NCBI GenBank assembly: GCA_964247055.1
Contig: OZ176053.1
Location: 11,346,001-11,410,000 of the forward strand
DNA length: 64,000 bases
Source of the DNA: Paragordius varius
Taxonomy: Eukaryota; Animalia; Nematomorpha
Reading direction: 5' to 3'
Positions within the stretch are counted from its first letter, which is position 1. Every line of letters starts with the position of its first letter. The translations under genes and the position numbers were made by a program. The notes under the pieces are model-generated. The model had not been told where the DNA came from and ran no database searches. It saw nothing but the letters and a program-made list of their open reading frames with translations. Of this stretch, positions 1-14,000 are shown piece by piece.

Positions 1-1042
1 TATTTTCACAGCGGTCATGCTAGAATTAGAGAACGATTTGTTAAGAATGTACAGTTAATGTAGATCGTGTCAGGTAAACAAGCCAAATCTATGTGAAAAC
101 CCCACTTACCAATGAGATCCGAATGCTGCAATATGGGAGTGCCTACATATTGATATAGCTGGACCAGTTGATGGGTATTTTTGGTTGTTGTTGATTGATA
201 GCGCATCAAAATGGTCGGAAGGGTTTATGTTAAAAAGGGTTACTTCGGTAAATATATTGCACAAACTCGAGGAAACTTTTGCCAGGTTTGGGTTTCCGAG
301 AACGGTTATAAGTGATAACGCTTCCTACTTCAATAATTCCTACTTTACATCAACCCTGACAAACTTGGATATTAAGCACATGAGAGTAACCACCTATCAC
401 CCTAAAAGTAATGGGATGGCAGAAAGGTTAGTTGGGACCCTAGAGGGCAAGTATAAAAACCAAAAATTATAATATTCAGGAAGCTTTTAATACTACTTTA
501 TGGTCTTACCGTAACTCAATTCACGCTACCACAAAAGAAACCCCCTTCCAACTGCTCTTTAAACGAGTCTCCCAAACACTCGTGACCTGGATTAACGCAA
601 AAACAACAGACCTAGACGCACTCCGTCCGCGTCGTGAGTTTTCAATAGACCAACGCATAATGATGAAAAACGAACAAAGTCCTGGATGGCGAGCCGGCGA
701 GGTTGTTGATAGAACTGGTCTGCTTTCGTACAGTGTGTGGGATCAGAAAACCAGAAGATGGTCAGAAAGCACGCGGACCAGTTGAAACACGTACCACCCG
801 TCAACTCAACTTTACCGGTCACTCAAAACAAAAGGAATGATAGTAATAACGACAAGTAATAATAATGGTAACGGTATTGATAATAATAATAATAATAATG
901 ACAATAATAATGATAAAATAAGTGATAATAATAATTAAAGTAGTAATGATGTATTAATAGCAATAATGAGAATATTAATGGAAATCCGCACGAGCGTCGT
1001 TACCCTGAGAGAATTCGGCGGAAGCCGGTTTGGTTCTCCTAA
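1..1042 (+). mobile_element. Decayed Ty3/gypsy LTR-retrotransposon integrase (3' end of pol)
   Basis: Broken frames give HSGH..CRSCQ (zinc finger), WECLHIDIAGP..LIDSASKW..ISDNAS..YHPKSNGMAERLVGTL (rve DDE core), WSYRNSIHATTKETPFQLLFKR, an Asn-rich tract and a C-terminal RRYPERIRRKP ending at TAA 1040-1042. Several stops and frameshifts. Confidence 0.92.
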
Positions 1043-1190
1043 GGGTGAAGTGATGTTACATATGCAAATTTTATATATATATTTTGTATGTATGCTATAG
1101 TTTTGTATAAGATTTGCATTGTCTTATTTTTATATTTTTGTATTATGTAAATAACATATCCATTAGTTACTCGAAATTTTATTGTTATCA
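1041..1190 (+). repeat. Polypurine tract and probable short 3' LTR of the gypsy element
   Basis: AAGGGTGAAGTGA (1041-1053) follows the integrase stop and precedes TGTTACA at 1054; candidate CA ends at 1156 (TAACA) or 1190 (TATCA). 5' LTR is outside the window, so the right boundary is uncertain. Confidence 0.6.
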
Positions 1191-4100
1191 TGCAAATTAT
1201 GTTCATTTAAAAAAAAGTATATATAAAGTACAAAAAACCGAAAATTTTAGATGAGAATAGCTGGGGGGTCGACATGTATAATTTATTGCAAGGGTTTATG
1301 TAGTTTAGATCAGTGATCTTCAACTCCCTCCTTTAAGTACTTTTGTGTGGCCCTGATTTATTCAGCTTTTTGGATGATTGTTTAAAATACCTCGGAAACC
1401 TTACATGATTTCGCATATATTTTTTAGTAATTAAAAAATACGGTTATATTTTTATTTTGGTATATTTTAATTTTTACATTTTGTAAAATTCTACTAAGTT
1501 ATGAAATTTAGATCACATTATAAAAATTTCAGCACATTCAATCCATCATAGATATGTATAAACAGAACGCTATGGTCCAAGCTGTATCACCTGCCCCCGA
1601 GTATTTAAACTAAGGGATATTCATCATCATTTTATTAAAGATTTATCGATTTCATTATTAAGATTTGGCAAGATGGGACAAATAAATAATTAAAATGTGC
1701 GCAAGTTATTTATCCTAACTGTTTTCCTCCGACATATTTAATATTGAATTATTTAGATTGGCCTGCCATGATATTATGGCACATTGTTTAAATTAGTTAA
1801 TAAAATATGTCCAATAATTTGTTAAAATATTTTTATCAAATAATTTTTATTTTTTAAACTAAATGGCTCAAGTTTAGACTGCATACCGTAAAAAAATCGG
1901 TGTGACAATTTAGGGCAAAAATATCTACATAGGTGTCACATATGAATTAATTATCGGTATTTTATGGTGCTTGACACTTGAAACAAATGATAATTTTTTT
2001 GACCCGTTAATTTGCTCTATAATTGATTTAGATTAACAAAAATGTTTAAAGTGCTCTCGATTTTAAACGATTAGCATGTTTTAAGCACCTGGTGATTTAA
2101 ATTAAGCATGTTGAAAATTTGTAATTGTTAGGTTAAATTAAAAAACTGCTTGAAAATTTTATTTTAACAGCAATAATTCCCATATGTGCTGGTAGATTAT
2201 GAGATTTCAATTTTTAAATTTTTAAATGCTTTAGTAAAATATTAGGCAAATGATAATTTAAATTGTAATATATGTTTTGGATATGTAACACAGTGTGCCA
2301 ATTTTAGGGCCAATGACGTAGTTTCTTATTTTTGCATAGAGAAACTCATAATCTGAAAAGAAAAAATGTAACGGACCGTATAAAATAATATGATTTTTAA
2401 GAAATTTTCGCAAAATTTTTATTTATAATCAAATTGGTTAAACTTCGAAAATTAATAGTCAGTTAAATAATTATAGGCTTGTGTTTCAACAAAATTTGAC
2501 AGTTCAAGCAAGGCGCCTCTAATTCGAAAATCAGATTTATTGTTGTAAAAATGTAATTTTAATAATTAAATTGAAAATCAGTTTTTTTGTTGTAAAATTA
2601 AAATTAATTTATTATCTGTATAAATTTTGGTTCAAGCTTAGTTTTTTGACGCTTAGTTTACCTTTTTATGCCACATGTTAATTCGTTCGGTTCCTGAGAT
2701 GGAGAAAAAAATAATTGTCTTTTTAATCAAAAAAGATTAAAAAATTTTTTAAATGATAATTCCATTTAAAGCATAAATATGAAAATTGTTAAAAAATCAT
2801 AAAAAAGTTTTACTTAAAAAAATATATTTATATTGCTATTTAAATGTAGAAACTTATTGTAAAATATTTTTTTATGTAAATTATTATTATCAATTATTGA
2901 TTTGAAAAGTTTTTTTGATATATAAATAATAATTTGAGAACGACTTCAAAAACTACTTATCTGTTTAATTTATTTTCTTTGTATGCAACCCGAGCTCTAT
3001 TTTTTTCGGATTATAAAAAGTGATTATGGGTTTGCGTTTGTCACCTTTAAAAATTAAACCTTAGTTTTAAAGCGCATATATATTATTATTATTTTTATCA
3101 ACAACATAACTATTACAGTAAAGGACATGTAAATGAAACGTTAAACAGGCACAAATTGTTTAATAGGAATAATCCGGCACAAAAATACATTTTATAAAAC
3201 CACATTTACTTTTTGTTTTTCAATTATAATAGATTACTGAAAATTTTTAAGCCATAAAAATAATGCCTAAACTCATCCCAACCCAAACTTTGTGTCTTTC
3301 TTAAGACATTTAAGTTATTTTTGAGGGGCTTATTCATTCATTGACCAAAATGCTGGTTCAAGACTCTTTCGCTTGGCAATAAAATTCTATATTAGTATAA
3401 AAAACTGATATACGTGTGCAATAACACCAACCGAAATACAATTATACTGTCGCATGCCTATAATACCATATATATATATATATATATATAATTTTTCTTA
3501 TAAATGCGATTATACAGATCCAAATATTAAAAATATTGTATGGTTTTTTTATTATCTTTAAAATAACAGCCAATTAAGCACCGAATGATTTGATATAACA
3601 TTTTTCAGTCAAGGGCAAAATTTTTTTGTTGTCTTGCTTGCAATAATATGCTGCTTGAATAAAGTTGCGTTTGGTTGAAAAAAATTTTGCTTTTGAAAAA
3701 ATTTGCTTGTTAACTTATATGACACTGGACAAAAAACGACCATTGTTGTTAAAACAAAAACCTAATTATTTTTTGTACGCATGAAGTATTTTGAGACAAC
3801 AGAATTTGCGTATGCCATTATTTGCTTTCAACAGAATTAATTAGTTATGAAATTAACCACTCTGTTTTTAAGTTAAGAAAAAATATGTATTATCCGTTTT
3901 TAATAAACGAAACTCAGGATAATTAATACCATGTATTGTATTATAGGCATATAATTTAAAAATCAATAAATAATAATATATTATTAAAAATTAAATTAAA
4001 AAAAGGTTACATTATAAATATATTATTTTGCCATAATCCATAATTGGGAAGTCATACATATAATTGTTTTGTCATATACCGCCTCATTAATTGTTATTAT

Positions 4101-7100
4101 CAAGTAATATAAGGAAACTACATATATTATTACTTTCAAATTTAATCATTACTTAATTTTATGGATTTGTAGATTCTTGGACCATGTATCCGTTGGATAA
4201 GTAATTTTTTATGTTATACCATTTGCAACACACTTTAAATTTTGTTGTTTTTTTGACAAATACTATTCGTGTATATTAAAATTTAAATTTAAACTACTGA
4301 GTGTGATAAATATGATATTTTGGTCCATTTAAAATCCTGTTTTTCAGCTACATTGTTTTATTGATGATAATGTATTTTAATAAGCCCAAACATGGAATCT
4401 TTTTTAGCATGGGTGAAGAGCTAAATGCACCAAATTTTATGTAACCACGTTTTTTTTTCTTTTATATTAATAATATTATGAGAAATGCTAAATATAATTT
4501 TGTGAATGATATAAATATGTAATAGTGAAAATGTATGGGTTGTATTCCACATTGTTTTTTGACCTTTCAGATATCTGGCTACATATAAGGGTGTTTTAAT
4601 TATCCAAGAGGATAATTTTTATTAAATAAAACGAAATTGTATTATGATATACAATTATCAAACTGTAAGTATATTAATATATTGAACAAATTTTTTACAT
4701 TTTATAAGTGCAGTCAAATTTGGATAGTTTTAAAACCGAGTAGGAGTTAATTTTAAAATAAGTCAAAATTTTATTTTAGAGTTAATACTTAATTTCAATT
4801 CATATATACCAGCTTTTTAGTAATAAAAACAAATCAGTATAAAAACACACAAAAATTTTGAGATGATAATTATTTACGATTTTACGTTTATATTTTTTTA
4901 ATATTGCGCCTAAAAAGCCATAAAATATCTATTGATCGCCCGATATCCTGGATTTTTTATAATTTTATATAAAATTTATATTGAACCGCTTTTAATTTAG
5001 TTCTCTTCTATAACATTTAGTAAAGTGCTAAATTAGTATTTGCCATATAATTAACTATTATTTACGATATTACTCAAATTAAGACTAAAAATATTTTTAG
5101 AACAATTTAAGGAATATGCAAAACGATAGTATAAACAATGAACATCTACTGCTTGATGGTATCAACCAGTGATTTAAACCGAAACCATTATATAATAGGA
5201 GCACACCGAAATTTTTATGAAACATTTTTCAAAAACACCGCCCATTATTTTTAGCACCGACTGTGCAGTTATCAATAAAAATGGATATTTAGAGAGTCTT
5301 TTGTAAATTTCTGTAATTTAAGAAACGCAAAATATATCTTTTGGACATAGTTTAATATTGCCATAACCACTGACTATTTCTTACCCAATTTAGTCAAGTA
5401 TAAAATAATTTAAAATTATTAACTTAATTTGATATCTTGAAAAGATGAATCCACGCACAAAATAATAGCGAAAAGTAAATTTATTTTGTCGAATATTATA
5501 AATAGATATAATTTAAATATTGCCAATAGACTATTGTAATGTGACATTAAGTTTTCACTATTGCATTAATAAAATTATTAAGGTTAGCTGTGAATTAGTC
5601 AAAATAAAATATGTAAGTATTAAATTAAGGATAAAAAATTATGGCATGTTTGTTTAAAATATTAGAAAATAAAAATTATAAATTTATCATGCATATTTTT
5701 TCTTCCTATTTTAGCTCTATCCATACAAGTACGCTTAAAATTTAATTTGATTCAATATCAAGGCATTTAAGTAAATCATGATAATTTAAATATTACAAAA
5801 CTTTAAACTAAAATTGGGTTATAAAACAAGCTCTTGATCACGCTTGGCACATTTATAAATGATTGTATTTAAAATTTTGGGTCCTACACATTTCGGAAAA
5901 TTGCGTTGAAACCAATAGTTTCCATTTCAATAAATATATGTGGCATATCTTGAGGAGGCTATTGAAATAAATAAAATTTTTATACTCTTTTAACCAACGT
6001 GTGAAAGACTCTTATTTGCGAATAACGATGGATGCATATTTTTTTGTATATGGGATGGTCTATCCAAACATAAAAGCAAAAATAATAAAATTCCCTTACC
6101 ATGATCATGAGTTATTAGAAAATATTTGAGACGATTGGAGTTATTCTATTAAAAAGAACAATTTCTTTGTTTGGAGGCGCATTTTACATCTCGGTGTTTA
6201 TACCCAAAGCCTAATTTTAATAAAGCACTCAGTTATAAACGTAGGGTCAATCACAAACTCCATATTTCTAAAATTTTTTATTGGTTAAAAATTATTTTTT
6301 ACTTTGACAAAAATTTATGGGGAGGAAAAGCCAATGAACATAGGGGACAATTGAAAAATGGGATGAATATACATGCAGTAAAATAAAAAAAGAGTTTTTT
6401 GTTCTAAATATCCAGAAAACGTAAATTTTACAACCCAATTTTTTTAATGTTAAAAGTTTACTTCTGAATAAAAAATATTTGTTGAAAACAGTTAAAAAAC
6501 ATTCATAATCTATTGATTTATGGCACTTTATTGGATTAATTATGTTAATTGCTAAATGAATATAATTGTAAGATAGAGAGAATTTTTTATAGCAACAATT
6601 TTAGTTATAATATTTTATAGATTTTTATTATGTATTTTATTCGTACGTATTCATTATTGGTTTAGAGATTCCCGCTAAGTATTTCTTTTGATGTATTTAT
6701 TTCCATTGTTCTCCTATTAACACCAAAAATGATAATATATTTATTTTGTATGTTTGTTAAAATTATTAGGAAATGGAAAAATAGATTTTTGTATCTGAGA
6801 TGAAAGATAGTGGGAATGAATATATTTTTAATGTAGTGTTAAAATCCTGTGTTCTATATGGTATATATATGTGTGGATTAATCAATAAAAATTTTTAGTT
6901 AAAGTTTATTATTATACATAAATATTCATTAATACATAATTTATAAAAAGCGTGTTTTTAACCAATACATTCTCAATATAAATTCAATCAACCATTTATT
7001 TTTCCGATTTATACCTGTGATATCTTTAATTATTTTAGTATTTTTAAATTGTTGTTTTTTGATTGGAAAATTTAACGATATCATTAATTCTAAATGGAAT

Positions 7101-8145
7101 CGAATACTTGGATTTTATTATTCATCGTATGAATTTCCGACATTTTCTATTAAATTAGCTCCAGAAAGATCTGACTTGCAATTTTTAATTGCATCATTAC
7201 TTATGATTTTACTTTTTATTCGAAAGTTATTAAATACTACTTAAATACTTACTTATTCCGAAACCCTATCACATGTATAAATAAATAATTATTTTTTTAT
7301 TAATAATATAATAGAATTTCGTAAACCAATGATAAATTATATTAGTTGCTTTGTCAAATCTTATTTCCAAGATAAGATATACAATCTATAGTTTTTATTT
7401 GGAATAGTATTACAATTATTTAGGGTAATTTAATTAAAATTTGCGACACCCCGCGGTTTCCAATCAAAGCAAGTTGCAAATTAGCAGAGCGACTATAAAA
7501 TCCAATATTTTATAGATTGCCTCCCTTGATTAAAGAGTATTTGCGGTAGTTTTTTACTTTAATTTGTAAGCATAAGAGTAAACCTCTTAATATCAAAATT
7601 GGAAAAAGTTCTCATATTTTGATCGTTAGACCTGCCTGATACTAAAATTTAATTTTGTCTTGCGAGCCTTAAAAATGGATATAGAATGAGATCTGGACTC
7701 AACCATATGGTTTTCATTATATCGCCACAGATTTGCTTAAGAATTTTCCGTTTGAATTAATATAATGTAAAGGAATTCGTTGAATGCAAGCGTATTTTAA
7801 ATCAGGGCGGCACTTTTTGGATACTTACTTGAGAATTAATGAGAAATATCAATTTTACTAAGATTTTGCGAGCATGTTTTTGCAAATTATGGATTTTTAT
7901 TGGGCCGCACATACAGTCTTACAGGGTAGCGTGTTATATATATATATATATATATATATTATGAACATATCACTTGTATATTTGCCTATTTCAAAAGGGT
8001 CATCAATATAATTAAAACGCCTGACATATTTTCACTGCAAACAAAAAATAACTTGTTAGGACCAACAAACTGATGTCATACAAACTAGTGTTTATGAATA
8101 TAAAATTGGGTTTTTATTGTGATAATTTGTATTTTATTTATTTAG

Positions 8146-11100
8146 GAAACAAAGTAGTACGGACCTTTTAAGTCGTCTCAAAACGCGCAAAGTTTTGGGT
8201 GTTGGTGCCTCAGACTCAGGAGATGTTTATCGATCAAAAGTTAGCCAAATATTGGGGCATGCTGAACAGCTGGCCGCCCCGTTCGTTAAATCATACTGGA
8301 TTTGGCATTACTTTTGTGCCATTCTTTATACCATACAGGCTTTTTTGGTAAGATTTTACATTATACCATATATGTGGTTTAATTTATGTTTTCATTTTTA
8401 TTTAGGTAGTTTTTCATTAAATATGGCCAGAAATTACATTTACAATACTGAGATATATAATATATAGGCTTAAAATTAGTGTTGCATAGATAAAAATTTG
8501 TTCTTTTCGTTTTTTCTTGAATTTAGCCAATAATATTTCTGTTTACTGTATATACTATTTGAAAATAAGTAAAAACTAACAATGTATAATGTTCATCATA
8601 CTCAATATAGATGTATATATTGTAAAATTTTATAAACAGTGCAAAAATCGGGTAATATATATTTCGATTGATACTATTAAGATTTACATGTTTTTTTTGG
8701 TTTGAAACTTCTTTATTTAATAAAATAGTATCGCAAGCATTAATTTTTAATAATTAGACCTAAACACATTTATGTTACGAAAGTCACAGTTTTAATCATT
8801 GGGCAATCATTTTTTAAATAATAAAAAAATCACAGATTGAGAGAAAAATGCAAAATTTATGACATTAAAATAATCTTTCCAAAAGTACATAATTTACAAT
8901 AAATTTTAGCGATATTTGGTTGGCTACGTTACATTTCGAATGGAAATGGTGAATAAACATTATATTTTTTTACATAATTTTAAACTGAAGATTTATATGT
9001 CTAAATATTTGAATAAAAAATTACTATAGGTTATGAGTAAAATAATATTCTTAAGTCAATTTATATGAAGATCTGTTATGCCGCAAGTTCCTTGATAAAT
9101 ACATTAATGATTTTTAAATCAAAGAGTGCTTTAAAAAAATTATTCTGAATAATCTAACATATTTTTAACTTTTTATCGCTCAATCTTAGATTTGCGTTAA
9201 TTAAAATACTACTCCATATTAGAAGGTTAAATTAACCCAGAATAGAAGTTTAAGGATTGTTCTTCTGACTTAATTTTATATACATCTATTATGTGCGCTT
9301 AATTTGAAATTTTCGATTTGATAATTACGATAAAAGTTCTTAAATTTACGACCAAACTAGGCAATCACCATAAAATATGATATTTTTTTTTAAATAATGT
9401 ATCACAGAGCATTTTTTTCTGGCTTTGTTAAAATCCCTATTTATCACAAATGGTAAAAAAACATTATTCAAAGTAAATTTATTTATTATTTTTATTTTTG
9501 CGAAAGCTTAAATTACTCAGTGCTAAGAACTTATATCCTCCTAATATCTTAACAATATATATATATATATTATATGTGTATAAATTTTCAAGGCTTTCCT
9601 ATTCCCCAGACAAATCTACGACATAACTTTTCAACCTCTCCTACCTCAAAATTATGATGATAGCATGAAAGATACATTAATATCTAGCATTCGATATAAT
9701 CCATTGGCCTCTAGATTTTATGGTTGTGGATTATTAAGTAACATGTTTTATGGTTAATAATTCATTCCAAGTTCATCTCGACATACATTTTTTTAGCGTA
9801 TCTAAATTATTTCAATTTGAAACAAACCATAGAACGAGATAAGTGTTGTGTTTTCATTTTTACTCAAAAAATATGTGTTGTTAAAAAGTCAGGTACTATA
9901 GTATAGAGAGTAGAATACATAAATTATTCAGTTCTAATCTAAACAATAAAATTTTTTATCTGGCTTAATGGAATAAATTATTTACAAGTGGTGTCACATT
10001 TTATAATATTATATTTTAGCATTAGCCTGTATGTTTTGGTTGGCCTTGTTATGGGGACTAGAAAAAAAGTTAATCCGATTTTGCCTTATTTTATCATCCA
10101 TCTTTCAAATCTCTCAAATCATAAGTAAATTTTAATCTTTTGAATTAAATACAATAGATCTAAAATTTCTTAATTCATTTCAAGGACTTTAAAAATATAT
10201 AAACTCTAGCAACATGTTTTATTTACCCAAATAAAAGTTAATTTTTTTATACTACCAATTGGTTTTTTTAAAAATCTATCAAGGGTAATCAACAAGCGAT
10301 TAGGTAATTTTTATCATAATAATTATAAAGAGTTACAAAATGATATCTTAGGGCTTCATATAACGGAATTTGCATCGTTAGTGGTATATGGTTAAAACGT
10401 TACACTAGGCGACTCAAACCAAAAGTCATTATAGTTTCATTTGATAGCTAATACCTCCAAATATCGATACTAAATAATAAATAAGGCTTAGAAAAACTAG
10501 AAGAAAATTATTTAGCGCTTTGCTCTTAATAAAATAAATTTGACGCCTTATGTCGAATAATACATTAAAGAAATACCCGTCAGCGAATTTTTATATGCCA
10601 CATATCTTAAGGATTTGCTCACATGTTTTTTGACCTTTAAAGGCTTATAAAGATAATATTGAAAAAAATAAATACGATTAAATAACTGCATTATACCATA
10701 TTTACAATATATATACCATTTACAGTTCAAATTTTGAACAATTCAAATTCACCCTCGAACAATTTAAATTCACCCTAAAATAAATTATGTGATTTTAACT
10801 ATAAATTACCCTTATTTTATAATATTTTAAAAAATGAAATTCTGTTTAAAATTAATATAATGCTGAAAAAATAATAAACTATGTCGTAAAAATATATTTT
10901 ATATTAATGGTGAGTTATATTATCCCGAAAACACATAATTTATTTTTAGGGTGAATTTGAATTGTTTAAAAGTGAATTCGAATTGTTCGAGGGTAAATTT
11001 CAATTGTTCAAGGTTGAATTTGAATTGTAAATGGTTTATAATGTTACACCATATCGCAAAAAAAACATAAGGCTTTTTCAAAAAAAATTATAGGTATTAT

Positions 11101-13449
11101 GTATTATAACGGTATTGTGTGACTTTAACCAAACCATTAATCCAATAGTTGCATAATACGAATTAAATTAAAGAAACATGCTTATTACCCAAAATTGATT
11201 ATAGTTTCAAATTACTCTAAAAAAATTTATATCAAAATTGCTGGGATCAATAAAAAAGGTTTTGCTATAGTGTTTGGGTATAGTGACCAGATAGGCTGTT
11301 TTTCGCAGTACTGTACTGGGTTTTCTGAAAAAAACTGCGCATGTACTGCGCCCACTTTTGTACTGCTTTTTGAAATAAAAAAAATTAATTTTTAAATATA
11401 CATTATTTACCTTTTATTTATTCAAAAAAAAATATTTTAGAATTTAATATAGTACCCTCTGTAAAAATAACCTCATAATTGGTAAAGAAATGCATTTTGA
11501 GGTACAAAACTAATCTGCTCGAAATATACATAAAACATAGGATTACGGCCTTTCGCGCAGTGGCGAAACTATAAATCTCGGAGTCTACACCGTAAGATTC
11601 AGACTAATGGTTCTTTCACTTATCGTTTAAAATTAAAAATCTAATTTATGATATTTTTTAAATGTTTCACAGTTAGAAAGTTTATTTTTTGTTACAATTA
11701 TTAAACGGAAAATTATATAGAAAAATTTAAAATTTATTATATATGGCAGATGATTTCGAAATAACCTTTCGTAAAAAATAGAGTTTTTACGATATCCATA
11801 CTCATTAGGTTGTAGGTATGATATTTCTTAATTTTTTTCCTAAACAAGAATTTTTATTTTTATTATACAGTTTAGAGTCTCTTTTTTCCTTTTTAATTAA
11901 AGGGCAAAGACTTAAATTGTATCCGGACTTGTGAAGGCTATAACTTTCGCCTGCCCAGGGCTGACAGTGATGATGGAAAAATTGTGCAGTTTCGAGGTTC
12001 AAACTCTGTCATGGAGTGCAAGAGTCCGGCGCCCTACCTACTATACCATCACGCCTCTGAACATTAATTTTTATTAGTTATCTTATTTTTTTGCATAAAT
12101 AAAACTGAGATATTTTGTTGAAGCGTACTTCAAACTGATTTGAAGCATCATGGAAACTGTATAACGCTTTGAGATATAATAAAATTCTTTTTCCAAATAA
12201 TTCGATGATGTTGAACATTCATAGTTTAATGTTTGCTTGCAAATTTTGGTGCATTTTTGTGAAAAAAACAATTTTAATTTAACATAATTTTGAAAACGAA
12301 CAAATATTTCAATCAAAATCCGTGTGAGAAATTAGCATTATCGAATTATATATATATAAAATGTTATAACATCTCAACCATTTATATCGTTTCCATCATG
12401 CTCAAAATAGTATGAAAAGGAATTTTACGTTTATTTTTAGAGAACGGTTCATTTTAAAAGAGCCAAAAAAATTGGGACTTTTAGAGCCACATCTAAAAAT
12501 TTAAAATTTTTAAAACATTGTTTTGCTTTTTATATGGAGTTTATGTTATATTTTAGTGATATTTTTTGAAATTATACATTTAGCATTCACCAAAAATATA
12601 TTTGAAAAATTGCGCCCCTTTTGCAATTATTTACGGAGCACTTACTGTAAATAACTTTTTTTAATAACTCGTAAAGGTTTAAACCAAAAGCACCATGATC
12701 CTGATATTTTCCTATCAGAATATATATATATATATATTTCATCAGGATATTTTTAACTGTGGAATATTCCACACCGATGGTTTAAAAACAAGGCACAGTA
12801 TGTTTTAATTTTGTACTGCGTTCAAGTTAAAAATATCTGGTCACATTATGTTTGGGTAATGCGTCGAACTGGTAAACACTATACTTTGAAAATGTACAAA
12901 TACCGATAGTTGCCTAATTTTTATCATAAATGTCAGCTCGCATTCTGTGTTTTTATAAATTAATGATAAAATTAGGTGTGCCCTATTAGGTTTCAATATG
13001 ATCTGGATATTAATAGTTTTAAAAGGCTGTAAACCCTAAAACAAACCATTTAAGTTATTTATATGGTTAGGGGTCATTTTTAAAAAATATACCAATTATT
13101 TAGATCATAAGTTAAATTCATTTTTGGCCAAATTTAGAAAACGGCATTATTCGGATAAATTTGAAAAGAGTATTTGAAGTGTTTGAACCTTAGGTTAGAT
13201 GAAGGACAATTCTAAAATATAGAATCTAGCAATATTTAATTTAATTTTTTGCTTTTTATAGTTTTATACACTATGTATGTGAGTGATTCGCTAAGGACAA
13301 AACAATCCTCCATAATTTTGCCATCCTTTTCAAGTTTTTTACGGATGCTTTACATATTTATCAATGCTCATTTTTATTATGGGATCAATGCTGTGCCCAA
13401 AAGTAAAAAAATTGCCATTAGCAAGGCACAATCTTTAGAAGCCCAATGA
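8146..13449 (+). CDS. TP53I11: Tumor protein p53-inducible protein 11 (PIG11)-like membrane protein; first exon not found
   Basis: Phase-compatible GT-AG exons 8146-8347, 9593-9737, 10020-10124, 13262-13449 give KQSSTDLLSRLKTRKVLGVGASDSGDVYRSKVSQILG..AFLFPRQIYD..SRFYGCGLL..WLALLWGLEKKLIRFCL..LRMLYIFINAHFYYG, matching recalled human TP53I11 motifs TDLVSRLKTRKILGVG, RSKISQVLG, AFPDQLYD, RLYGGALL, EKVIIRW. Confidence 0.88.
10712..11040. mobile_element. MITE family A (TA-flanked, TIR CCATTTACA), full copy
   Basis: TATA-CCATTTACAGTTCAAA...TTGAATTGTAAATGG-TTATA with 21-bp subterminal repeats (TTGAACAATTCAAATTCACCC); in TP53I11 intron. Confidence 0.85.
11900..12055 (-). mobile_element. tRNA-derived SINE or tRNA pseudogene
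   Basis: Minus strand GGCGTGATGGTATAGTAGGTAGGGCGCCGGACTCTTGCACTCCATGACAGAGTTTGAACCTC: A box TGGTATAGTAGG and B box GAGTTTGAACC; anticodon arm does not pair well; continues into a non-tRNA body. Confidence 0.5.
12063..12778. mobile_element. Palindromic non-autonomous element, family B
   Basis: Shares AAGCGTACTT..GCATCATGGAAAC, GATGATGTTGAA and ACTCGTAA..AACCAAAAGCACCATGATCCTGATA-(TA)n blocks with copies at 29.2-31.7 kb and 45.9-46.9 kb. Confidence 0.7.
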
Positions 13450-13669
13450 AAATTATTCGACTAGATATTATTTTTACCTAATTTTGTTTATACTTTTACT
13501 GTTTCGATCCGGTTTTTTTCTCATAAATGCTAGGTAGAGCATGATAAATATCAAGGTTTCCATTAATTAAATTAAATCATATATATATTTTTTATTAAAT
13601 GAAGCTAACATATTTACATCAATGCAAATCCTTCACCCAGTGTAGCATATAATAATTATTTTTATGTAT

Positions 13670-14000
13670 TATACCATTTACATTTCAAATTCACCATTAC
13701 ACAATTTAAATTCACCCTTGAACAATTCAAATTCACCGTCGAGCACACCCTATAAATTATGTGTTTTTTAAAGTTAAAAGTTACCTCTATTTTTTTATAT
13801 TTTAAAAATGAAATTTTGTTTTTAATTAATTATACTGAAAAAATAAAAAATTATGCCATAAGAATATATTTCATTAAATTATATTAGTTCGAAAACACAT
13901 AATTTATTTTTAGGGTGAACTTGAATTGTTCAAGGATGAATTTAAATTGTTCGCGGGTGAATTTGAATTGTTCAAGGGTGAATAAATTGTAAATGTATTA
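13670..14000. mobile_element. MITE family A, full copy
   Basis: TATACCATTTACATTTCAAATTCACC...GAATAAATTGTAAATGTA; same interior as 10712-11040. Confidence 0.85.

Noticed and set aside
3640-4640. Short AG/GT-bounded segments near 4161-4200, 4347-4411 and 4571-4600 that can be joined into a small hydrophobic peptide
   Set aside because: No recognisable homology; such joins arise easily in AT-rich DNA.
8073-8145. In-frame TP53I11 start via a 17-nt intron (8129-8145)
   Set aside because: Shorter than the two supported micro-introns and with no homology support for the added residues; a distant first exon is more likely.
10712-11040. 21-bp repeats resembling a CRISPR array
   Set aside because: No unique spacers, inverted at the two ends of a dispersed element, eukaryotic context and no cas genes.
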